A stretch of 64,000 nt of DNA, taken from assembly GCA_964188305.1 (NCBI GenBank), contig OZ076893.1. One strand, given 5' to 3'. The stretch's first letter is position 1; every line of letters starts with the position of its first letter. Below, one piece after another: positions 36,801 to 42,420 of this stretch. The notes beneath the pieces were generated by a model, which worked only from the letters and a program-made list of their open reading frames with translations, was not told where the DNA came from and searched no databases. Source of the DNA: Podarcis bocagei. Its lineage: Eukaryota. Position numbers and translations under genes: made by a program.

Positions 36801-38267
36801 TGTTGCCAAAAGATAGATAATGAAATTACACCCCATCTCTGCTATTAATAGTGATAAGATATGTAGCAACACTTAAATCAGGCATTCATGAAACCTACTT
36901 GTCAGAGAATATGTCTTGAAAGTTATTTTTAAGTCGAATCAAAAAGTTCTAATCTGTAAGTATTCTGTGAGCAGAAATGTATCTTTGGATCCAACACAAG
37001 ATGTAACATTAAATTATGTAATCTACTTCTTACACAGTATCCTGAAAGTTAAGAGTCTTTCTTGGATCAGAATCAGATTCACCACTACAGGAAGATGCTA
37101 ATGGAGCAGGGAATCTATTGTCCATGTAAGACACTTCATCATATTGTCTGCAATACAAAGAAAACAAAACCATTATTTTGCAAGTTCTCAGCTCTGTTGT
37201 TTAGAAGACCGTTTCAGTGATCAGGAATGTCTTATGATGTGGCACTACCTCCTCACATTAACCACACAATAAATTTGTCTCCAGTAGTAATCCAAGGTAA
37301 AATCAAATGAGGAAGGTACTCCAATCCTTAGTGTCTCATAGTTAGAACAGTCTTTTTCTTCTTCTTTTGAAAAAGGAACATACTTGCTTCCCCTCTCCCC
37401 ACCATGGTCTTCAGCTTTGAGCATCTTGCCTAATAATAGCAGCTTATGAGGTGGCTCACTAAATGATACCGCTGATGTCAATGGCCATTGCTAGGAACAA
37501 CTACTAGTCTTCATAGTGATAAGCCAGCAGCCCCCAAGCTGCTTCACAACTCCACCTGGAAAGGGTACTGGAGTCTCCATCCCCATAAAGCAGTGGTCAG
37601 CAGCAGTTACTAGTAGCCTCCACCTAACTGCCTCAAGAGCAGCTGCTGTTACTCAACCCTGTATATTACAGCTACTAGCAAAAATGGCTTTAATATCTAG
37701 GGATTCAGGTATTCACCTCTACACACAAGAGGGTGACTGAGATAATATGCTAATATGTCTGGGACCTGCTCCAGATCTCACCACTTGGGAGGAGAGGAAG
37801 CAGTCTTCAAACAGGCCCTTGCCAGTACCTGCTTTACTTGCCTCCAGGTTACTACACAATGTCTGACAGTTCAGCACATAATGATGAGCTTGCTGAATTC
37901 CGTTTCAACAAATTTTATGTAAGATTTCCAATTATCTAGATTCTATTTTTATCATGAATCATACACTGATGGAAGTAGAAAGCCATGCCTGGAAACAGTT
38001 TTAGATTTAGAAATTACCAGCCATGAGCAATCCTTCAGTCAACACATTCTTCCCTACACTCACCTACGAATTTCTAGTCATGAACTAACAAATGTCTTAC
38101 CCGTCATGAGAGCCAGTTTTCTGTCTGGCTTCAGTTGAAGCAGCAACTGGTATACCAAGAGTTGATGAAATTGTGATATTGTCAAAAATGTCACTGGTGC
38201 AGCCAGCTACAGAGTTGAGCAAAACACTTGGAAACGTCTCATCTGCAATACATTTGAAGTCTTCCAT
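734..38267 (-). CDS. CEP192: Centrosomal protein 192 (spliced, 38 coding exons in window, 3' end outside window)
   Basis: N-terminus MEDFKCIADETFPSVLLNSV...LGIPVAASTEAR resembles vertebrate CEP192. Conserved blocks VVYQNEDGRWVTDLAYYTSF, LSLGEFFGQRSEALGCLGGG, STIASAIANAS, FRPSTSPLIHSSP and C-terminal ASH/PapD-like domains. All traced exons are GT-AG and phase-compatible, about 2150 codons. Syntenic with SEH1L. Confidence 0.97.
1732..1855 (-). CDS. CEP192: CEP192 exon 38
   Basis: QISNNSNRSLTFELSWPAHCLTVTPQHGTIEP. Confidence 0.95.
2169..2410. mobile_element. Tc1/mariner-superfamily (pogo/Tigger-like) MITE, copy 1
   Basis: TIRs CAGCCGTATCTTGGTT / AACCAAGGTATGACTG, TA target duplication on both sides. 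Confidence 0.88.
2706..2875 (-). CDS. CEP192: CEP192 exon 37
   Basis: NMTLDVLPVKGPHG...WTLQPEFLILTAPSQ. Confidence 0.93.
3316..3457 (-). CDS. CEP192: CEP192 exon 36
   Basis: VYDLPQHSFDIQYFFMNMRRIIVSAV. Confidence 0.92.
4202..4515 (-). mobile_element. Sauria SINE, 5'-truncated
   Basis: (ACCTTT)n tail on minus strand, Sauria SINE body, B box; TSD GAAAGTGGTA at 4192-4201 and 4516-4525. Confidence 0.92.
4613..4722 (-). CDS. CEP192: CEP192 exon 35
   Basis: AVQQNPEQVQKMLP...FDEEFPGEELVTE. Confidence 0.93.
5601..5792. mobile_element. hAT-like MITE
   Basis: TIRs CAGAGCTTTCCAAACT / AGTTTGAAAAGCTCTG; imperfect 8-bp TSD CACTAATA / TAGTAATA. Confidence 0.75.
5930..6036 (-). CDS. CEP192: CEP192 exon 34
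   Basis: KVTVTYNST...LSTICFVYGDEILRQQYR. Confidence 0.93.
6220..6486 (-). CDS. CEP192: CEP192 exon 33
   Basis: IPLYGYGGNSNLRLEDVKK...FSVQNTGSRAAYVKALCF (Spd-2 domain region). Confidence 0.95.
7121..7285 (-). CDS. CEP192: CEP192 exon 32
   Basis: LKLGEHVYNNCEIKIRPKHD...FTPTRLTCMYAKLEMKQLG...GIKFT. Confidence 0.95.
8093..8183 (-). CDS. CEP192: CEP192 exon 31
   Basis: QQKLILRNNSPSITQQLRLLIRGQDQDCFQ. Confidence 0.95.
8525..8798. mobile_element. Possible old hAT-like MITE
   Basis: Short inverted ends AGGGTTGCC / GGCAACCCT; no recognisable TSD. Confidence 0.4.
9013..9189 (-). CDS. CEP192: CEP192 exon 30
   Basis: VLKILVLPSGPEYKVTVKGEV...VPPILANKQFLTWGGIQLGRT. Confidence 0.95.
9271..9386 (-). CDS. 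CEP192: CEP192 exon 29
   Basis: ALEPDSGISVNPEDLVLIPGEEQEVTVVFSPKD. Confidence 0.93.
10297..10389 (-). CDS. CEP192: CEP192 exon 28
   Basis: TLYMSARMGLSTRQQLPLKNAGNIKVDLKIL. Confidence 0.93.
10478..10614 (-). CDS. CEP192: CEP192 exon 27
   Basis: DSLGPADEYFARIDVEVDCP...ARSGTPRIYAPKGLQ. Confidence 0.95.
11647..11897. mobile_element. Same MITE family, copy 2, inverted relative to copy 1
   Basis: TIRs CAGTAGTACCTTGGTT / AACTAAGGTACCACTG, TA TSD; interior is a diverged reverse complement of 2169-2410. Confidence 0.88.
11930..11990 (-). CDS. CEP192: CEP192 exon 26
   Basis: EPDVLVVWVQFHAPSKCITS; phase 0-1. Confidence 0.9.
12486..12626 (-). CDS. CEP192: CEP192 exon 25
   Basis: NAVAWRCFTFSKEPV...APSVISHVMNARTDGQ. 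Confidence 0.95.
12856..13221 (+). mobile_element. Sauria SINE, full length
   Basis: GGGACGCGGGTGGCGCTGTGG head, GGTTCGAATCC B box, ACCTTT tail; perfect 14-bp TSD TAGAAGCCAGATTA. Confidence 0.95.
13255..13437 (+). mobile_element. Degenerate tRNA-derived squamate SINE (Squam3-like)
   Basis: GTAGCTCAGTAACAGAGCAC head and GCTGGGAAAAGACTCCTG body; similar remnants near 16012-16125(-), 21735-21870(+), 28935-29056(-). Confidence 0.65.
14643..14768 (-). CDS. CEP192: CEP192 exon 24
   Basis: VEAGTTNHLDFGDMPSGSWKALPLKLTNKTCARVPVRLVIYA. Confidence 0.95.
15520..16006 (+). mobile_element. Degraded L2 LINE 3' end remnants
   Basis: L2-like ORF2 end (TTATGGATTGCCCTCCC...AAGACTCCTGTTTTCCCAGGC), T-rich UTR and GAAGGGCAAGATAAAT...AATAAAA tail. 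Confidence 0.55.
16191..16421 (-). CDS. CEP192: CEP192 exon 23
   Basis: MDPLKHRCFLFKNKTVIGP...GVFQCVLSIASWPF...AVAEIPDIE. Confidence 0.95.
16891..17039 (-). CDS. CEP192: CEP192 exon 22
   Basis: VKVPEEVTFPNACCVGLTSHTVLSILNPSERWLQVSIG (start of the ASH/PapD-like array). Confidence 0.95.
17418..18228 (-). CDS. CEP192: CEP192 exon 21
   Basis: 811-nt open exon with TTIVWTSPT and VPTLLTGCSLRTTPFAQQYL. Confidence 0.92.
20026..20194 (-). CDS. CEP192: CEP192 exon 20
   Basis: ADADCPATT...SLGRLTFVSATEKTLQNLTLSSPERCQ; phase 2-0. Confidence 0.9.
21951..22098 (-). CDS. CEP192: CEP192 exon 19 (PLK1-docking region)
   Basis: DEQYSFRPSTSPLIHSSPNEASGT. Confidence 0.92.
22628..22758 (+). mobile_element. Short 5'-truncated L2 3' end with (ATT)n tail
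   Basis: GCCGCCCAGAGTGGTTGGGGAGACCCAGCAAGATGGGCGGGGTATAAATAA plus ATT repeats; preceded by AT-rich tail-like repeat 22559-22627. Confidence 0.75.
24090..24320 (-). CDS. CEP192: CEP192 exon 18
   Basis: AYSESEGRTSK...NNEKHKAFENISADNQKDV; GTGAGT donor, phase 1-1. Confidence 0.8.
25237..25876 (-). CDS. CEP192: CEP192 exon 17
   Basis: 640-nt open exon with ILSISTIASAIANASVSTDPAQLAALM and TFDIEKYLRKTDE. Confidence 0.92.
25945..26125 (+). mobile_element. CR1 LINE 3' UTR remnant
   Basis: CCTGCTTGTGGGCTTCCC...GGACTAGACAGACCTTTGGTCTGATCCAGCAG pattern. Confidence 0.7.
26216..26708. mobile_element. Tc1/mariner-superfamily (Tc2-like) MITE with minisatellite-like core, copy 1
   Basis: TIRs CCATATTTTTCCATGTATAAGAC / TCTTATACATGGAAAAATACGG, TA TSD, internal TCTTATACACGG subrepeats. 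Confidence 0.85.
26807..26901 (-). CDS. CEP192: CEP192 exon 16
   Basis: GDVEGSIKEDSHIASATFTLCEVSAKDRERGR; GTAAGT donor, phase 1-0. Confidence 0.8.
27487..27838 (-). mobile_element. Sauria SINE, full length
   Basis: Same family on minus strand; perfect 14-bp TSD TGTACCATTAAATA. Confidence 0.95.
28585..28705 (-). CDS. CEP192: CEP192 exon 15
   Basis: PSFGYHITSPEKRQPLPLWRQSD; phase 0-1. Confidence 0.9.
29159..29356 (-). CDS. CEP192: CEP192 exon 14
   Basis: EEKMELQNTS...DASYLRLSLGEFFGQRSEALGCLGGGGDVKR. Confidence 0.95.
29443..29507 (-). CDS. CEP192: CEP192 exon 13 (Aurora A-binding helix)
   Basis: SEAIAVIDQDQEEFEREHRFIQ. Confidence 0.95.
30634..30765 (-). CDS. CEP192: CEP192 exon 12 (Aurora A-binding region)
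   Basis: EDPPHDVVYQNEDGRWVTDLAYYTSFNKEE, a conserved CEP192 block. Confidence 0.95.
31173..31392 (-). CDS. CEP192: CEP192 exon 11
   Basis: Open 220-nt frame DVTNVTNCELKLDSLYF...YLSPSAYKGSEQYECTAE; phase 0-1. Confidence 0.75.
32096..32163 (-). CDS. CEP192: CEP192 exon 10
   Basis: GCHDCSEEDGISVKTKTVSSSRN; GTAAGT donor, phase 1-0. Confidence 0.75.
32458..32593 (-). CDS. CEP192: CEP192 exon 9 (donor ambiguous: 32458 or 32437)
   Basis: VECSKPSLNSGHRDSSEKF...ASSDAL; strong acceptor, two weak in-frame donors. Confidence 0.6.
32761..32904 (-). CDS. CEP192: CEP192 exon 8
   Basis: Open frame EKFQIPTVCQAARTDSP...TARQE; AG/GT ends, phase 0-0. Confidence 0.75.
33535..33686 (-). CDS. CEP192: CEP192 exon 7 (acidic PLK4-binding region)
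   Basis: EYEIGDEEFCDGQLETYFEQLVLPEMQMEDVE resembles the human acidic DDEMFYDDHLEAYFEQL segment; phase 1-0. Confidence 0.9.
33952..34081 (-). CDS. CEP192: CEP192 exon 6
   Basis: AVSLEHGQKR...FIENEQPLSFASLEGNST; phase 0-1. Confidence 0.85.
34265..34480 (+). mobile_element. Degenerate CR1 reverse transcriptase fragment
   Basis: VPVKLVESFKDKMVKY...QQHGFCKDKACLST resembles the CR1 RT QHGFxKGKSCLTN motif. Confidence 0.75.
34548..34600 (-). CDS. CEP192: CEP192 exon 5
   Basis: DLTARIFASFEKDNEVYK; TTTCAG acceptor, AAG|GTAAC donor, phase 1-0. Confidence 0.7.
35343..35494 (-). CDS. CEP192: CEP192 exon 4
   Basis: Open frame ECCNKAADNQLES...RLSLQHLE; AG/GT ends, phase 2-1. Confidence 0.75.
36625..36825 (-). 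mobile_element. L2 LINE 3' end remnant
   Basis: TTTATTATTAAATTTATATACCGC tail on plus strand followed by an A-rich UTR complement. Confidence 0.6.
37034..37147 (-). CDS. CEP192: CEP192 exon 3
   Basis: QYDEVSYMDNRFPAPLASSCSGESDSDPRKTLNFQDT; AG/GT ends, phase 2-2. Confidence 0.85.
38101..38267 (-). CDS. CEP192: CEP192 exon 2 coding part (ATG; exon acceptor at 38290)
   Basis: MEDFKCIADETFPSVLLNSVAGCTSDIFDNITISSTLGIPVAASTEARQKTGSHDG; donor GG|GTAAG. Confidence 0.95.
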
Positions 38268-40045
38268 TATACTGTCTTCTCATAGCTGCCCTAAAGGTTA
38301 AAAGAGAGAGGTTACACATAGGCAGCAAGATAATATTCAAGAAATGTTCTATTTTATCAGTACTTTTAAATCACATTGTCTAATCTTTGTTTCCTAGACG
38401 GTAAGTGTGCAGTCAGAGACTGACCTGTCATCAAGCTCCTAAATTGCTACAGGAACTCAATAACTGAGAAACAAAACTGAAAAGCTGTGCAGTTGTTTGA
38501 CTTTGCTATTACTGCCGACACAGGCGTAGCACAGTATCCCTACATCTTCCACAAAGACAGACACTGAGTAAATTCTTTCACAATACGCTCTAGAAATTCC
38601 AAACACAAAAGGAACACACATTTGAAGGACTGGAACAGGTACAAGCTCTTTGAAAGCAAAATGCCAGAGCAGTCCAAGATTAGAGTTACATCAATCACAA
38701 TTGCAAAACGCAACTTTTACTGTATTTTTATTTTCAAAATCAAGTTATACAAAGCACCAAAACACACATGCAGGTTGTCAATCATTTAACAAAATAAATT
38801 CTTTTCAGGAACACAGCTCATTAGATTGCTGACTACACACAGTGCAGGTGCTATATTTAGCTGTTTAAGCCGATTGGCATGAGTTTATTGCTGTTTCTAG
38901 AGGCTGCCAGCACCTGAAGTGGGGTACAGCAGAGAGAATGGTGTACGTACTCAATTTTTCATTAATGCTCTTTCAACCAAAACCTTTACTATGGGAGTGG
39001 GGGAATGTGAGAAGCACCATCAACTCTCCTGCGTACAAAATAATTCTGAATCACAACTAAGTTTTGGTCATCTCCAAATATATTTTTTCACACCAAGGCA
39101 AGTACTTCACAAATCTGCAAGATAAATTAAGACCATTTCTTTTGCGACAAAAGTAGCAATTAACTGCCTTGTTGAATTTACAGGAATTACTTTTTAAAAG
39201 AAAAGGGCTCTTTTCTGCAACTGTTCCGGAGCCATATGGGTCAGCGTTGCTAGCTTCGAAGTAGTCTTCCATAGCACATTATTAGCTCAGAAGGACTAGC
39301 AGGGCACGGTGCCGGAGCAGCCCTCTACACATGCTCAGAAACACTCCCTGACACCGTCCAATAAAGCATTCATTCACGGTTTGCTGCGGCGCCGAGATGT
39401 GGCTCAGCTTTGTCCCCGTTATCGACCTTCTTATGGGCAACTTATAGGAAAGGAGTATGGACACTTCCGAGGCAGAGCAGGAGGGGAAAGGAAGAGGAAC
39501 TCTGTCCCCACCGCGGAATATAAATAACTGCGCCAGGCACACGTGGAGGGCGCCGATTTCTAGCGTTTTTCCTGCTAAGGACGGCGCTGGGCTGAAGTGA
39601 AGGGAAGCAAAGGGGCGCGCCTTTTCCCCCCAGTTCCCCCCGAAACGGGCTCCCGCCCCTCCGTCCTCTCTTCTCGGGACACCCGCCAAAAAAAGCTTCG
39701 CCGACACTCGCTTTAGGCGCCGACACAGGAGGAAGGGGAAGCGGGAAGCAAGAGAGAATGGAAACCGCCCCTAAAACGGCCGCTTCCGATTGAGAAAAAC
39801 ATGCCCCCCCTCAAAAAAGCACACCACCCAACCCCCGCTCCCAAACCGCTCACCCAAAGCAAAAGCGAGCGCTGGAACGGCAGCTCTCGGGCGCCTCCGG
39901 GCACGCGCATTGATGCGCGAGGACACCGTTCGGAAACGTCACGGCAACCCCAACAAGCGTCGAACTCTGGAAGAGGGAGGGGGAAAGAGAGAGAAACGCC
40001 CCCCTCCTCTATTTTCTTGTAAGTGCGCACGCGCACGCCCCTTAC

Positions 40046-40130
40046 CTGGCTCCTAGGAAACTCGCTTTTGGATTTCGGCGGGCGGGGCGGGGTGGGGGGA
40101 GGCGGAGGGCGGGATCGGGGAGGAAACACA
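40046..40130 (-). other. CEP192: Putative non-coding exon 1 of CEP192 (5' end approximate)
   Basis: Strong donor CAG|GTAAG at 40046/40045 inside a CpG island, just downstream of two CCAAT boxes. Confidence 0.65.
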
Positions 40131-40329
40131 TGCGAATTCTATTGGTTTACGAGAACGGAACGAAGGGAAAGTGTAGCGCTTCTCTGATTGGACGAAAGGG
40201 CGGTGACACGCTACTTTCAAACAGTCCGGGAAAGAGAGCTGATGGGGTTTGCGGAGGTGACGTCTGCTTACTTGTTATTTTATTTACAAAAGCACCTGAG
40301 AGTTTCCTGGTGCTGTAGTTATTATTTTT

Positions 40330-40439
40330 CAGTGGCGTAGCATGGGTTGTCAGCACCCGGGGCAAGGCAAGTAATTTGCGCCCCCTAACCCCCCGATGTT
40401 GCGCCCGGTGCGGCCGGCCCCCCCCCCGCTACGCCATTG
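40330..40439. mobile_element. 110-bp hAT-type MITE in the CEP192 promoter
   Basis: TIRs CAGTGGCGTAGC / GCTACGCCATTG; perfect 8-bp TSD TTATTTTT. Confidence 0.88.
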
Positions 40440-40678
40440 TTATTTTTATACAGCATAGGATTTTGCCACATGTTAATATTACTGCTTAGCTGCATCCAAA
40501 GCTGCAATCCTTACCCTTTACCTCAGACTTACTTCTGGACAGACATTGTGAAGACTGCAGGACGAGTTGTATTTTTGCACCAAGGCAAATTGGGCAATTC
40601 TTTCATATTTCTACTTTACCTGAAAACATTTCTACAAGAAACATTCAATATCATCAACCTAGAAAAAAGTCTGCAGTG

Positions 40679-41328
40679 TGCAACCACAGCAGCAAGAATA
40701 CTTATCGCAAAGTACTGGAAGACACAAGATTTGCCCACACTGGAAGAGTGGCAGACGCAATTGATGGGCTATATGGAACTGGCCGAAATGACTGGCAGAA
40801 TCCGAGATTTGGGAGAAGAAACAATGGAAGAGGATTGGAAAAAATTTAAAGACTATTTACAAAAACAATATAAATTGTATGAATGTTGAGAAACTGCACG
40901 ATTCAGAAAAACATGGTTCCAGCAAATTGTTTGAGAGACCTAGAAAATTAAGTGATATGCAAGAAAAGGTCGAAACTTAAAATAATATGTTCAATTTAAG
41001 TTACAATTAATTGTTAAAAATTACTTTAAGATTAGAAGTATAACATTTGAGAGGTATAAATTAAGTAATGAAACAAGGTAATAATTTGCTGGCATTTTTA
41101 GTACAAAGAACGCACGGTAGGGAGATGTGAGGAAGTCCAATTAGTTATACAGAAAAAAGGGCCATGAACAGTTGTTTTATTTTTTTTCTTTTTGCTTTGT
41201 TATATTATTTGTTGGTGTAATTGTATGTTGTTTTTTGTTTGTTATCTCTTTGGTGAAGGGTTTTATGTAATTGTTAAATGATCGTTTATTTTATGTTTGA
41301 AAACTGAATAAAACATTAAAAAAAAGAG
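40679..41328 (+). mobile_element. 5'-truncated L1-clade LINE (ORF2 C-terminus, 3' UTR, polyA)
   Basis: AARILIAKYWKTQDLPTLEEWQ...EC*, AATAAA 41307-41312, A tail; 14-bp TSD AAAAGTCTGCAGTG at 40665-40678 and 41329-41342. Confidence 0.9.
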
Positions 41329-41358
41329 AAAAGTCTGCAGTGCACTATTGTTGTTTAC

Positions 41359-41426
41359 TGCCCACTGTAGGTTCAAACCCATGACCCTGATATTAAGAGT
41401 CTCATGCTCTACAAATTATGTTACCC
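41359..41426 (-). pseudogene. Degenerate tRNA-Lys(CTT)-derived fragment or SINE head
   Basis: GTAGAGCATGAGACTCTTAATATCAGGGTCATGGGTTTGAACC matches the tRNA-Lys-CTT core; acceptor stem and A box eroded. Confidence 0.75.
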
Positions 41427-41599
41427 TTCTCTGTGGATGATGTTATTTCAGATGCCACATGCTATACCCAAGGTGGCTAAGGCTAGAAACAGAACAGGTC
41501 AAGGTGCACAGCATAAACCTATGGTCATAGGTGAAGTCTGACAGCTCCCCCTCCCCAATATTCACTTTTATACATTTAGAAATAAGTAGAACTTAAATA

Positions 41600-41635
41600 A
41601 AACCACCACACAACACAATTTTCATTTTTTTTATT
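41600..41635 (-). terminator. Likely SEH1L polyadenylation signal
   Basis: AATAAA (minus) at 41630-41635 followed by GU-rich TGTGTTGTGTGGTGG downstream element; a second AATAAA at 41880-41885. Confidence 0.7.
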
Positions 41636-42230
41636 AACCTACAATTATAAAACAACGTAGTGTAAATATTTTTATGCAAGAAAGTGAAAATGTTTGCAAG
41701 TGACTAAACACACTACCAATTCTATATTGCTGCAGAATGCACAAATACTGCATTTTTACTTTAGCATTCTATTTCAGTACCAATGTCCAGGGCTGGAAAA
41801 AGCCTCAAGAATCTGGTCACTTAGAAGTTTGATGCTGGAGATTAAGATTCTCCCCCCCCCCTCCACACAGTAGAACAGTTTTATTCAAGTTCTATTTAGT
41901 TTTAAGGACACATTTCCAAAAACAATGCAGGATACAAACAAAATCTATTAAAATGAAAATAGCACAGTAGATTGAATACAAAAAAAAAATTTAAAAAATG
42001 GTGGAACAAGCACTTTGAACCTATCTGTTGTGTATGACCCACACCTAATACTGCTTATTTGTTTCATCATGGTTGAAAATGGATTGGATAGCAGAGCTAG
42101 CATTTGGTGCATAAGCGCTAGCACAGTGAATTCTGGAGGGAGAAAGTATGCAAAATAATAATAAGCAGACAGAAACGCAAGCATTTTACAAGCATCTGAT
42201 TGAGGCCCTTAATACAGTTTTAAATGTGCA

Positions 42231-42420
42231 TTAAACCCCTTCATGTTCCCGTAAAAGGTTAAGAGGTCGAGAGATATATCGTCTGCGAGGGTGAGGATAC
42301 TGGAGATTGGCAGTGGCAGCATCGCAAGAGTGCTCTATCAGAGGAGCAGGAGGTAGGAGCTGGGCATAACTGGACCATCTTGATCCAGCCCGTGGGGAAT
42401 CCAGAGGGGGAAAGAAATAC
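42231..42420 (-). CDS. SEH1L: SEH1L long-isoform terminal coding segment (Pro-rich tail)
   Basis: TTTTCAG|G then [62 protein letters not shown], matching the long vertebrate isoform tail. Confidence 0.92.

Larger units (their letters stand above)
39380..40440. promoter_or_regulatory. CpG island / CEP192 promoter
   Basis: GC- and CpG-rich; GC boxes 40078-40117; CCAAT (minus strand) at 40141-40145 and 40187-40191; TTTGAA (minus) at 40216-40221. Confidence 0.8.

Noticed and set aside
39057-39272. ORF starting MEDYF, superficially like the CEP192 start MEDF
   Set aside because: Similarity ends after three residues and I found no convincing splice sites; the real start is at 38267.
40437-40889. 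150-aa ORF between CEP192 and SEH1L
   Set aside because: The C-terminal half is L1 ORF2 inside a TSD-bounded insertion; the N-terminal half is flanking DNA that is open by chance.
41359-41426. Possible functional tRNA-Lys gene (and tRNA-Asn at 59594-59665)
   Set aside because: Stems and promoter boxes are eroded, and the Asn copy carries a retroposon tail, so these are pseudogene or SINE remnants.
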